This document shows positions 1 to 9,545 of a stretch of 64,000 nucleotides of DNA, piece after piece. Numbering within the stretch: position 1 is the stretch's first letter; every line of letters begins with the position of its first letter. Source of the stretch: a virus. The notes below the pieces were generated by a model, which worked only from the letters and a program-made list of their open reading frames with translations, did not search any database and was not told the DNA's origin. Location of the stretch: the IMG/VR virus record IMGVR_UViG_3300045125_000034, positions 32,001-96,000 of that record. One strand, given 5' to 3'. The translations under genes were made by a program, and so were the position numbers.

Positions 1-927
1 CCATATAAGGAAGGCAAAGTTCGGTTTGGATAGTCAAGGGAAAGGGCGGAAAGGAGATTGGTTTCATTACCATAGTCAAAAACCGCCTCAACCACCGTAC
101 CCAACCAGTTGTACTTGGGTAGTCAGGGCGAGGAGAGAGTTGGCTCTCAACCTGTGGCCCGAAAGTTGGAACCCCACCCACGGGCGGGTACACGCGGGAG
201 TATGTCAAGTTCAAGCCCAACCAAATGTTGCAGGCAGCAGCAAAGTGGATCATGGACAACCACAAGGAGTTGGTAGAGGAGGTTGTGGGTGAAGCCAGGA
301 AGACCTCAAGGTAGTCAAGAAGGGCAAGGCAAAGACAGAGAAGAACAAGACATCTGAGTTCACGCCGGCGACAAGCGTGGCATGAACCGTTTTGTTGAAG
401 AGGAAGAGGTAGAGGAAGTAGAGGATGTTGAGGAAGAGGTAACCGAGGGTGTTCGCTTTATGGCAGGTGCAGAGACCATGATTAAGAATGCGGGCGGATC
501 ATCTATGGTCAGCAACTTCCCGCAAGATGTCTCAACTTGATTCAAAGCCAACAGGAAGTGTCATTGTCTTCACAAGCGAGAAGAATCCCGAGTCTTCGGA
601 GATCAGGGTGTACAGCCCAAGCGATTTCCAAAACATGGTAAAGGGTCTATCAAAGAAGGTAGAGCCAAAGGTTGGTTCTAAGGGAAGTTGGTCGGACGGC
701 GAAGTGACCGTCATCGGCATCAAGAAAGCGTTGAACCTATTAACGAGAAGTACTACAGAAAAGCCGATCCAACCCAAGCAATGCACATTCCCGCTAAGTG
801 GGTCTATGAAGACTTCTTCAAGAAGGTTAAGACAAGCGGTGTAATGTTCAATCAACTCAAGGCAGAAGAGGCTCTTGAGGATACATTCGCAGGGATCGGT
901 CAGGTACAAAGGTATGCAAAAAACTAG
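1..927 (+). CDS. Hypothetical Lys/Glu-rich protein, 3' part (5' truncated, frameshifted); possible head protein
   Basis: Coding-like Lys/Glu-rich frames that shift repeatedly and end ..GIGQVQRYAKN* at 927; acidic linker (VEEEEVEEVEDVEEEVTE) and an I-N-E motif. Confidence 0.45.
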
Positions 928-944
928 AACAGTAGGTGAACTAC

Positions 945-2206
945 TGTGAAACTCCTTCTCTACCTACAAGAGATACATGGACATCAAGGAAGAAAACCTA
1001 AACGAGGCAGATTGGTGGTCAAGTTCAGGAACCATTGACAAGAAGACAGTAGACTCCTTCTTGGATGATTTGGAATCCGCGTACAAGAAGGGCGGAAAGA
1101 GAGCCAAGGTTGCCAAGACCGATGGAACCGTAGAGGGATTGGCTTGATGATTACAAGGATTGGTTCCGCCGCGCTCCCAAGAACCTCATGGACTACATCA
1201 AGTCAGAGATTGCAAAGATGGGCATCAAGGAATCCCTTGGAACCTATATGGCTACCTCCGAGGCTCGCATTCCGTTCAAGAAGATTCTCAACAATGTAAA
1301 GGACATTCAGGGACCATTCACAATCGTGGTTATGAAAGCAGATGGACCCCGGCACTAATGCAGAAGAAGGTAAGTGGTGCTGCTGCCATCCCTGCCCACA
1401 TCAATCACATGTTGGATGGAGATCTAAAGAACAAGAAGTGGAAGGCTATCGCTATTGAGACTGCTAGTGGCAAGATCGTAAATGTTCTTCATCCATCAGA
1501 TATGAAGAAGGAAGAGGTTGAGACAGAAGGCGAAGACCTAAGCGAAGCCTATATCAGCACAGAGCAGATCAAGGCAATCCGCGATGACTTGAAGAAGGAA
1601 CACCCACAGTTCACCTTCATGGTTGCTCGTCGTGCAAACAGTTACTCGTCAATCCGAGTAGCAATCGTCAGGGGACCAGTTGCCTTTGCTTACAAGGCAG
1701 ATGGAACTCCCGAGCCTAATGTGGACATCAACCACTATTGAGCCTGATAACTACAAGAACAGCCACATCCTCAAGAAGATTCTCAAGACCATCAACAAGA
1801 AGAGCTGGGATAGAAGCGACATATCAACGGACTACTTTGATGTTGGTTTCTACCTTGATCTGACCCAAGGCAACAATACCTACGGTAGCCAAAGAAAACC
1901 ATTTGAACTAACAGGAGCAAGAAGACTGCTCCGAAGTCTACTCCTGTTGCCGTGACAAAGAAGAAGGTTGATGATATAATCAAGAGAATCACCACTAACA
2001 CCGTAGCAAAGGGTCAGACTAAGACTCCCGCAAACGCAGGTCACGCACAGAAGAAGTCTCCATTCAACTCTTACTTTGAAGAGAAGGAAGGTGGAGATGA
2101 GATCAATGAAGTCTCGCCGCCATCGGTCCTGCTCGCAAGTTCAGCAAGGATCCCAAAGTCAAGGCTGATTTCAAGAAGAAGTATGGAGAGCGTTGGAAGG
2201 AAGTAA
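945..2206 (+). CDS. Multidomain hypothetical protein with an LPD29-like (large polyvalent protein) domain; frameshifted
   Basis: STEQIKAIRDDLKKEHPQFTFMVARR..SSIRVAIVRGP and WDRSDISTDYFDVGFY resemble LPD29 (recognised from memory); modules are separated by LNE/LSE/INE motifs. Ends approximate. Confidence 0.45.
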
Positions 2207-2475
2207 TGTACGCCACCGCATGGAAGATGCACAACAAGTAAGGAGAAACACACTGGCTAGAAGAAGTTGGTTAGCATAGCAGTCACTCCCGAATACTTTC
2301 TACATTTCTTTCCCGTAGGAACGGTTATTGACAGACCCGGACTTCCTCTGTTGAAGGTGTCCGATGCTGCTCCTATGTTGGACGGCAACATCTCTGTTCA
2401 GTTTGAAGTATCAAACAGCATGACCCGAGCGAAGCACACATTTGGTGGCACGAACGGGGAAAACGGCATTCCGTT

Positions 2476-3328
2476 TTGAAGTCATTCTTCGCACATCTAA
2501 CAGAACAGGAACAGGCTCCACGACCAAAGCCTGTGTATTTCGTCAGTCGTTTTAACATCAGCGGAACTGTCGTGAGTGCGGTGGCGGTATACGATACACT
2601 AACAAAGAACTACAAGAGCCGCACCAAATTTTGGCGATGGCGGGTTCGCATAAAAGACTAGCGAAGGATGGATGCTGATGGGTTACATCGGCAAAACACT
2701 ACAGCAGAAAGAACTCCCGCCTCTTCGTGTAGGAGATGTTGTGGAGGTTCAAGATCTTGTTCTGTCTGATATAGCTGGTGGAAATTGGGCATTAAATAAC
2801 AAGGTAACAGGGAACCCTATTGACTATCGCTCTAATCTGTTTTCTCGTCAACTGCACGGCAAGATCAAACGAACTTCAACACCTGTATGAAATCTTACAA
2901 GCAACTAAAGTGGGACTTGGGAGAATCGCGAAGAAGCAGGATGCTGTTGAGGCTATAGACCCATCTGCTAGAGTTGTTGTTCGCCCTGCTGATCTACGAC
3001 ACAAAACCCCGGCGTGACCGTCATGGTACGCAAGCACAAGAAGCACAAGAGAGGGGAAGAGGCTTACGATTGGACTCTCCGTGGGCCAAACAGCAACCGT
3101 AAGTATTATGGGACTCTCAAAAAGAACAAGGGTAAAAAGGCTAGTGGGTGGGTTGCGATGGCTACCGATTCAAGGGAAAAGGAAAAGGCAGTTATCACGG
3201 ATACCCACGGAGATTCCATGAAGGCTGTCAAAAAGGCATACAAAGCCATAGCCAAAGCCACAGGTTCTACTGCCTTGGGTCTGCCCCTGATCGCAAGAGG
3301 AAATGCGAAATATAGACCCTTGACTTGA
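2476..3328 (+). CDS. Hypothetical protein(s) starting with a capsid-targeting-like N-terminus (MKSFFAHLTE)
   Basis: Chained ORFs 2476-2661, 2672-2890, 2820-3017 and 3014-3328, probably one or two genes broken by indels. Confidence 0.4.
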
Positions 3329-3347
3329 CGGTGGGATGTGCTATAAT
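3320..3347 (+). promoter_or_regulatory. sigma70-type early promoter
   Basis: TTGACT-N16-TATAAT with TGn extended -10, just upstream of ATG 3354. Confidence 0.7.
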
Positions 3348-3619
3348 ATTGGTATGAAAAGCACATCGGTTCGCCGTCGTCCGTCAATCGCAACCACAGT
3401 CCTTTGGACCTTCGTCATACTGAAGTTGACGGGGCAGTTGAATTGGTCGTGGTGGTGGATCACCTCTCCCGCATGGATCGTCTTGGGTCTTTGGGTTTGC
3501 GTTTGCCCTTCTATTTGGGGTATCATACGCAATCAGCCCCGAGGGTATGAAGCGGTTCCTGCGGGAGCGAGTTTGAGCGTCTGTGCAGGAATACTTCAAC
3601 ACTACACGAAGGAGCAAGT

Positions 3620-3895
3620 GATGATTGCTGCAATGACACGCGACGAATACAAGTCTGAACTTCGCAAGGGTATCTGTGAGATCACCTTCACCAAGAAGGA
3701 TGGCACAGAGAGAGTCATGCGTTGCACCCTCGCGCAGGCGCACATGCCCGTGCGCGAGTACGAGAAGGACGCTCACGGAGCCGAAGAGCCCACGCAAGGT
3801 CAACACCAACACTCTTGCGGTTTTGGGATTTGGACAAGGCGGCGTGGAGAGCATTCAACTTGGACAGCGTGAAACATTTCAAGCCCGCTGTCTGA
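3620..3895 (+). CDS. WYL_2/DUF2693-like SH3 beta-barrel protein
   Basis: MTRDEYKSELRKGICEITFTKKDGTERVMRCTL ... (shift) VWDLDKAAWRAFNLDSV. Confidence 0.7.
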
Positions 3896-3901
3896 CCCCC
3901 T

Positions 3902-3975
3902 GTTCCCGTAACTCAGTTGGATAGAGTAGTTGCCTTCTAAGCAACAAGTCGCAGGTTCAAGTCCTGCCGGGAACA
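3902..3975 (+). tRNA. tRNA-Arg(TCT)
   Basis: Acceptor GTTCCCG/CGGGAAC, D stem ACTC/GAGT, anticodon arm GTTGC-CT TCT AA-GCAAC, T arm GCAGG-TTCAAGT-CCTGC. Confidence 0.95.
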
Positions 3976-3990
3976 GCTTACAATTTAATA

Positions 3991-4251
3991 TGCTCGTGGT
4001 AACTCAATTGGTAGAGTAGCCGACTTCAATAGGAGCGGTTTTGTAGGAATACAAAACATGAAACTCGTCAAATTCGGTGGACGGTTGAAAGACCCAACGC
4101 CGAGCCAAGCCCAAAAGGGAAGGTGTAGAGACTTGACGGCGGGCATTCAGAACGGATGAAGGCAAAGTCCAGACCACGAACTGTAAGGGCGGCGTAAGCC
4201 GAAGTGGTAAGTTAATCGGTGAGGTTGTGGGTTCAAGTCCCACCCAGGCAG
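3991..4251 (+). tRNA. tRNA-Lys(TTT) interrupted by a group I intron (exons about 3991-4026 and 4212-4251)
   Basis: 5' half has D arm ACTC-AATTGGTA-GAGT and GCCGA-CTT; 3' half has TTAA-TCGGT and T arm GTGGG-TTCAAGT-CCCAC. Joined loop is CT TTT AA. The 5' acceptor strand is imperfect, probably from read errors. Confidence 0.8.
4027..4211 (+). mobile_element. Group I intron (IC3-like, 185 nt, no ORF)
   Basis: P/Q/R/S-like cores AAATTCGGTGGA, AACGCCGAGCCAAG, GGTGTAGAGACTTGACGG, GAAGGCAAAGTCC; P1 helix CCG(A)CUU|C-AAUA-GGAGCGG puts a U.G pair at the 5' splice site; ends in omega-G at 4211. Confidence 0.88.
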
Positions 4252-4291
4252 CTTAGGGAGCACTAAATAGATTAGAGGAGTGTGCTAATCC

Positions 4292-4648
4292 ATGAACAAA
4301 TGCAAACATTGCAACAAGGAATTTAAATCTCATCCATCCAAACAATCAAAGAAAAAAGCAGAAGAATTATATGTGGTTCTTGTGCAGTTTCTAAAGAAGA
4401 TGGAAGACAAAAATTGAGTTTGTTGAATTATTAGGTGGTAAATGCCAAAGATGCGGGTTTAAAGGTCATCCGGGTGTGTTTCATTTTCACCATAAAGACC
4501 CATCACAAAAATCCCACGAATTAAATGGAAACGGTTTGTTGACAAAGAAAGATATAACGAACTTTCAAAGTGCGAATTATTGTGTGCTAACTGCCATCAA
4601 ATAGAACATTCAAACACAGATTTGATTAAAAGTTTTGGTCTGCTATAA
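4292..4648 (+). CDS. Free-standing HNH endonuclease (frameshifted; absent from the ORF track)
   Basis: MNKCKHC... ICGSC ... LLGGKCQRCG...FHFHHKDPSQK ... ELSKCELLCANCHQIEH; AT-rich; preceded by TAAATA (4264) and RBS GAGGAG. Confidence 0.8.
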
Positions 4649-4707
4649 TTGATAGCAGGTCTGCGAATCTAAATAAACTCACCCATCTCTTGAAAGGAGA
4701 TTACATC

Positions 4708-5075
4708 ATGGACACTCTTCTTTACGGTCTTCTTGGTCTTTCACTAGCAACAAATCTCGCTACTTTCGTTCACGGGTTCTTCGTTCGTTCTGAGCGTAGG
4801 GGCCGAAGAGAATGAGAGAAGTCTCTTCTGTTCGTGACGAACTTCTCAATCGTATTGATGATGTTGAACGCAATGTTGATGGGGTGAATAGTCACCTTCA
4901 CGACACAATCAACAGCGAGGTTGCCTCTCTCACCCGAAAGATTGAGGAACTAGATCGCACCTTTACTTCCATTATTGACAACTTGGAGGAAGAGGTATAC
5001 AATAGTCAGGATCGTTTCTTTGAGAGTTGCAGAAGCGGCAGAACCCGTTTGCTGCAAGACAAGAAGCGGAACTGA
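4708..5075 (+). CDS. Hypothetical membrane-anchored coiled-coil protein
   Basis: RBS AAGGAG, hydrophobic N-terminus MDTLLYGLLGLSLATNLATFV, then heptad-like ORF 4812-5075 after a frameshift. Confidence 0.5.
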
Positions 5076-5121
5076 TGCTGGGGATCGCCATCCCCACCAA
5101 CTTTAACATAAGGAGAAAACA

Positions 5122-5346
5122 ATGGCAAAGTTTGAATCAGAGCCATGCCCTGTTGCTGGTGGCTGCGACAAGTTGACCTGCGTTCTCAGCAAGGTTGGCA
5201 TTAACCGTAGCCTTCTTGTCACTCTCGCTCTTCTTCCATTCGCTTGGACCCGGAGCCGTGTGGCTGAAGAACGCCGTCGTAGCCGTCGCCAATGTGGTGA
5301 TGGGTCTTTTCGGCAACAACCCCGCTTGCTGATACAAGCGGGTTAA
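5122..5346 (+). CDS. Small hypothetical membrane protein
   Basis: RBS AAGGAG then ORF with hydrophobic SLLVTLALLPFAW. Confidence 0.5.
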   Translation: MAKFESEPCPVAGGCDKLTCVLSKVGINRSLLVTLALLPFAWTRSRVAEERRRSRRQCGDGSFRQQPRLLIQAG

Positions 5347-5364
5347 TTGTGCTAGAGATGCACT

Positions 5365-5435
5365 TGCCCGATGGTGTAACGGTAGCACCAGAGATTTTGG
5401 TCCTCTGTGTCCTAGTTCGAATCTAGGTCGGGCAA
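5365..5435 (+). tRNA. tRNA-Gln(TTG)
   Basis: Acceptor TGCCCGA/TCGGGCA, loop TT TTG GT, T arm CCTAG-TTCGAAT-CTAGG. Confidence 0.93.
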
Positions 5436-5449
5436 TTCAGGAGTTAGGA

Positions 5450-5656
5450 GTGGAATACAAGTTCTATCCAACTGATGACAACGGTAATGAAATCCGCGAC
5501 CCCGAAACGGTGCGGAAGTATCATCATGCCATCATGTTGTTTGGAATGAAGTTTAGTGAGTATGTGAAGGAGATGGATCCTGACCTTTGGAAGAGAGCCG
5601 CAGATTATGCTGCCTCCTTCACAAAGGTTGATGGAATAGAATTCATGGGCCGATAG
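5450..5656 (+). CDS. Hypothetical protein
   Basis: Intact 68-aa ORF with AGGAG RBS lying between tRNAs. Confidence 0.55.
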   Translation: MEYKFYPTDDNGNEIRDPETVRKYHHAIMLFGMKFSEYVKEMDPDLWKRAADYAASFTKVDGIEFMGR

Positions 5657-5718
5657 TTCAACGGGAGAACAATGCCTTTGCAAGGCATGGGTTGGAGGTT
5701 CGAATCCTCTTCGGTCCA
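5647..5718 (+). tRNA. tRNA-Ala(TGC)
   Basis: Acceptor GGGCCGA/TCGGTCC with G3.U70, ATGCC-TT TGC AA-GGCAT. Confidence 0.95.
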
Positions 5719-5732
5719 CTACGGAGGTAATC

Positions 5733-5950
5733 ATGACAAGTCTAAACTCATACACGCCCGGACAGGGCTACAAAGAAGGCTACAATGATCGCATGAATGG
5801 TCTAGCGGATCGTTCTATCACTCATGCTACCACAGAGCCGTTTTGGATGGAGTATCGGCAGGGCTATATGCAAGCCGAGAGAAACATTATTGAGAAGGCT
5901 CGTCAGGAAGTCAGCTTGAGAGCCGCAGGTTCTTGGCAGAATGAATTTCG
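5733..5950 (+). CDS. Hypothetical protein
   Basis: RBS GGAGG; MTSLNSYTPGQGYKEGYNDR..; true end probably just before tRNA-Ser. Confidence 0.5.
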
Positions 5951-5956
5951 AAAAAA

Positions 5957-6044
5957 GGACAGATGGCAGAGCGGTTTAATGCGGCGGTCTTGAAAACCGC
6001 TGAAGGGTGCATAGCCCTTCGGGGTTCGAATCCCTCTCTGTCCG
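5957..6044 (+). tRNA. tRNA-Ser(TGA)
   Basis: GGACAGA/TCTGTCC, GCGGT-CT TGA AA-ACCGC, long variable arm, G73. Confidence 0.93.
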
Positions 6045-6049
6045 CTTTG

Positions 6050-6133
6050 GCGTGGGTTCCCGGAGTGGTCAAACGGGACAGACTGTAAATCTGTTGGCTT
6101 TCGTCTTCGTAGGTTCGAATCCTACCTCACGCA
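6050..6133 (+). tRNA. tRNA-Tyr(GTA)
   Basis: GCGTGGG/CTCACGC, ACAGA-CT GTA AA-TCTGT, long variable arm. Confidence 0.93.
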
Positions 6134-6136
6134 CTT

Positions 6137-6221
6137 GGGCAGATGGCAGAGTGGTCTAATGCAGCGGTCTACTAAACCGCAGAGGTTAACGCCTCCGAGG
6201 GTTCGAATCCTTCTCTGCCCG
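6137..6221 (+). tRNA. tRNA-Ser (anticodon reads ACT; GCT if a base-call error)
   Basis: GGGCAGA/TCTGCCC, GCGGT-CT ACT AA-ACCGC, long variable arm, G73. Confidence 0.88.
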
Positions 6222-6246
6222 CTTGGAATGCTAAATATGATAGCCA

Positions 6247-6609
6247 TGCACATATCATTCTTCCTACAACTACAATCTCAACTACGAGTCCTTCATTGGC
6301 AAACCAAGTCGTATGCCGAGCTACAAGGCTCTAGGTAAACTATACGATGCTTTGGACGGTTTGATTGACACCTATGTTGAGACCCATGCAGGAAAGTATG
6401 GCAACACCTTGGGCAATCCAAACTTCTCATTCAGCGTCAGCAACTACAAGGACTCCAATTCGTTGGGTGTCATCACCACGGCTATTGAGTTCCTGTCTAT
6501 TGAGTTGCCCAAGAAGTTGAATCCTAACACCGACACGGATCTACTAAACATTCGTGACGAGATGCTTGGTGCGCTCAATCAGACAAAATATCTGCTTCGT
6601 CTAGAATAG
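6247..6609 (+). CDS. Ferritin/Dps-like four-helix protein (DUF5856-like)
   Basis: QLRVLHWQTKSYAE-(H)KALGKLYDALDGLIDTYVE...LLNIRDEM; late-type TAAATA at 6232. Confidence 0.7.
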   Translation, partial: CTYHSSYNYNLNYESFIGKPSRMPSYKALGKLYDALDGLIDTYVETHAGKYGNTLGNPNFSFSVSNYKDSNSLGVITTAIEFLSIELPKKLNPNTDTDLLNIRDEMLGALNQTKYLLRLE

Positions 6610-6612
6610 TTG

Positions 6613-6641
6613 TTGACGGCGAGCGGTTCGTCGGCTATAAT
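6613..6641 (+). promoter_or_regulatory. sigma70-type promoter for tRNA-Glu and downstream RNAs
   Basis: TTGACG-N17-TATAAT. Confidence 0.8.
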
Positions 6642-6655
6642 ACTCTAGACAACTT

Positions 6656-6728
6656 GGCCCCTATCGTCTAGTGGTTAGGATCAGAGACTTTCATTCTCTT
6701 GGCCGGGGTTCGAATCCCCGTAGGGTCA
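6656..6728 (+). tRNA. tRNA-Glu(TTC)
   Basis: AGAGA-CT TTC AT-TCTCT, T arm CGGGG-TTCGAAT-CCCCG, acceptor GGCCC(C)TA/TAGGGTC. Confidence 0.92.
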
Positions 6729-6736
6729 CTAAAACC

Positions 6737-6890
6737 TTGATGGGATTGTTAACCCCATCAAAAACTCTGACTGTCCATCACACCTACCTGCCCACTAACG
6801 GTAGGAACCCTAGTGTGCGATGCGGTTGGAGGGCGTAGTTGAGTGCTTCTTCTAGATGTACACTAGAGAGCAACAGGTCTACTGCCTTTC
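6737..6890 (+). ncRNA. Candidate structured ncRNA of unknown family
   Basis: Three consecutive helical domains: TTGATGGG/CCCATCAA; CTCTGACTG/CGGTTGGAG enclosing CCTACC/GGTAGG; AGGGCGTAG/CTACTGCCTT enclosing CTAG/CTAG, followed by a T tract. No ORF. Confidence 0.45.
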
Positions 6891-6897
6891 TTTTTAC

Positions 6898-7017
6898 GGG
6901 GGTTGTTCTTCGGTTAAAGCAGTAACAACCAAAGGTAGAATTGTCGGTGGCATGATCGCTAGTTACTGAGTTCTTGTAAGTTAAACATCGGCAGCGGGTT
7001 CGAATCCCGCACCCCCC
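6898..7017 (+). ncRNA. tRNA-like ncRNA (T arm and acceptor-like stem, no canonical D/anticodon arms)
   Basis: GCGGG-TTCGAAT-CCCGC (6994-7010) followed by ACCCCC, which pairs with 5' GGGGGT; internal helix TGTCGGTG/CATCGGCA. Confidence 0.6.
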
Positions 7018-7033
7018 TTTAGGAGTCTACACC

Positions 7034-8089
7034 ATGAAGATTGAAGAAGATGTCAAGTTGGATTTCGCTGATGTCCTGATTCGTCCTAAGCGAAGCAACC
7101 TTGAGAGCCGCAGCAAGGTTGACCTAAACCGAACATTCAAGTTCACTTTGCCAAACGGCGAAGAGACATGGACAGGCATTCCTCTCGTAGCGGCTAACAT
7201 GGATTCAACAGGGACCATCCCTATGGCTAAAGCACTATCCAAGTGGGAGGCTATGGGTGCGGTTCATAAGCATGTTCCGATTCGTGAGTGGAAGGAAGCC
7301 AACATTCACGATTGGTTTCCCGCCGCCATCTCATGCAACATCATCTATACGATGGGCATGGGAGACAACAACAGCAACGCCAAGGAGATGTTGAAGGCTC
7401 AAGAGGTGCTTGATACGCACCCACAGATCAAGTTCATCTGTATTGATGTTGCTAACGGATACACACAGAAGTTCGTCAACTTCGTTAGCAACATTCGTGG
7501 GTTCTTCCCGAAGCACATCATCATTGCAGGTAATGTAGTCACGCGAGGAGATGACGGAGGCACTACTTCTCGCAGGTGCTAACATCGTCAAGGTTGGTAT
7601 TGGGCACGGCTCAGTATGCACTACACGCAAGGTCGCGGGCGTGGGGTATCCACAACTCTCTGCAATCATGGAGTGTGCTGATGCTGCTCATGGTCTTGGC
7701 GGTTTCGTCATGGCTGATGGTGGCTGCACTTGTCCGGGTGACATCGCAAAGGCATACGGTGCGGGTGCTGACTTTGTGATGATCGGCGGTATGCTCTGCG
7801 GAAGCGGACGAGGCAGCAGGAGAGATCACAGAGAACGGCAAGGAGTTCTATGGCATGAGTTCTGCTGATGCTATGCAAAAGTATCTCAGGCGGTGTTGCT
7901 GCCTACCGTGCACCAGAGGGCAAGAAGGTTTATGTCAAGGCTAGTGGTCCTGCCGATGCAACGATTCGACAGATACTTGGTGGAGTTCGTTCTGCTTGCA
8001 CTTATGTCGGTGCAGAGAGGTTGAAAGACCTTCCGAAATGTACAACATTCGTGAGGGTTAACCGGCAACTCAACAACATCTTCACCTAA
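7034..8089 (+). CDS. guaC: GMP reductase (frameshifted)
   Basis: [65 protein letters not shown]. Confidence 0.95.
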
Positions 8090-8105
8090 CTACTAATGGC
8101 ACTAT

Positions 8106-8177
8106 GCGGATGTAACTCAATGGCAGAGTGTTGGCCTTCCATGCCAAATGTTGAGGGTTCGACTCCCTTCATCCGCT
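8106..8177 (+). tRNA. tRNA-Gly(TCC)
   Basis: GCGGATG/CATCCGC, U73, TTGGC-CT TCC AT-GCCAA. Confidence 0.95.
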
Positions 8178-8180
8178 TTA

Positions 8181-8255
<75 letters not shown>

Positions 8256-8651
8256 TATAGGAGGTTTTATGGGCGGTAAACATTCAGCAGGTAAGGGAGA
8301 CACCTACAGGAAGGTGGACTACGGTTTATGGTCTAAAAATTGGGATGCGATTTTCCAAAAGAAGACCAAGAAGAAGAGTGTAAAACTTGCACCCAAGCGA
8401 AAGCCGTGATTATACTAAACACTATATCACAACTAGAGTCGCCGTGATGTATGGCGGGTCGCTTTGGAGAAAGAGATGGTCATAGAAGATTTCGCCACAC
8501 ACGCAAACATCGGAGAGTTTGCCCGTAGAGGCTGCACGGATCGTAGAGTGGGAGACTGAGGGTAAGTTCGGAACGACACAAGCGTTTGAAGAGATCAAGA
8601 AGGCTTATCTTGCTTTGAAGCAGGCTAACGCAGAGATCAAGGGACTAACAA

Positions 8652-9273
8652 ATGGATGAAGAGATGGAGACATACAGCAGAGAACTAATCACCGAGATAT
8701 CATTGTCTCGCGTCTTCTCTCATGTTGAGGAAGAGACCGTTCGCTTATCCTCACCGCGTTTCGTGGTAGCAACTCTCTGCAAGTAAACAGAACGCAGAAC
8801 AAGAAACTTGAGAACGACATTCGCTCCGCAGGGTTTGGCTTTGAGAAGGTTGTTGGAACCTACGAAGAAGACCTTGGCGATGGCAAGAAGCGTAGAGTAA
8901 CCGAAGAGTCTTTCATGATTATCGGTGACGATGACTCTGATGCAAAGGTGGGTGCTATCAAGGGTTTCGCTAAGAAGATGGGAGCAAAGTACGAGCAGGA
9001 CGCTATCTTCTTCAAGTCGCCAAAGTCCCCACAGGGCTTCGTGATTGGAACCAAAGCAGATGCATGGCACGTTGCATGGGCAAGGAAGAGTCTGTTGGTG
9101 AGTTCAAGCCCAACCGACTAAGTGGTATCTACACAGCATTGAAGACCAAGAACAAGGAACCCATTCGCGGTTTCAAGTTTGAGGAGTTTCATCACCCAAT
9201 GACCGTGACTCAGATTTGGGTGCGTCATCTCATGAAGAAGAAAGGTATAGACAATGGTGAACAAGTTTCGTGA
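8652..9273 (+). CDS. Conserved phage hypothetical protein (frameshifted)
   Basis: ..ELITE-ISLSRLLSHVE..ILTAFRGSNS..EESFMIIG..KYEQDAIFFK; pattern familiar from large-phage proteins. Confidence 0.5.
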
Positions 9274-9463
9274 ACTACGCCGCCGTCGCAAGCGGAAGTA
9301 TGAAGCCCGCAAGTTGAAGCGGCAGGAAGGTCTACTCAACGCGAAGAAGGAAGCTCTTCGTAAGTTGGAAGACCGTGGCATTCTTCCCACTTGGGTTAAG
9401 AAGAAGAAGTTCTCTGCCGACCGAGAACCGACCGCATACGAGAAGGCTAGATACAAGGCTTGA
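9254..9463 (+). CDS. Small basic hypothetical protein
   Basis: Intact Arg/Lys-rich 69-aa ORF. Confidence 0.5.
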   Translation: MVNKFRELRRRRKRKYEARKLKRQEGLLNAKKEALRKLEDRGILPTWVKKKKFSADREPTAYEKARYKA

Positions 9464-9473
9464 TCGTAAGCAT

Positions 9474-9545
9474 TCCCGAGTAGCACAGCGGTAGTGCAAT
9501 CGGCTGTTAACCGATGGGTCGTTGGTTCAAATCCAACCTTGGGAG
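9474..9545 (+). tRNA. tRNA-Asn(GTT)
   Basis: TCCCGAG/CTTGGGA, G73, ATCGG-CT GTT AA-CCGAT. Confidence 0.95.

Noticed and set aside
6898-7017. tmRNA
   Set aside because: Only about 120 nt, no G3.U70 pair and no tag reading frame.
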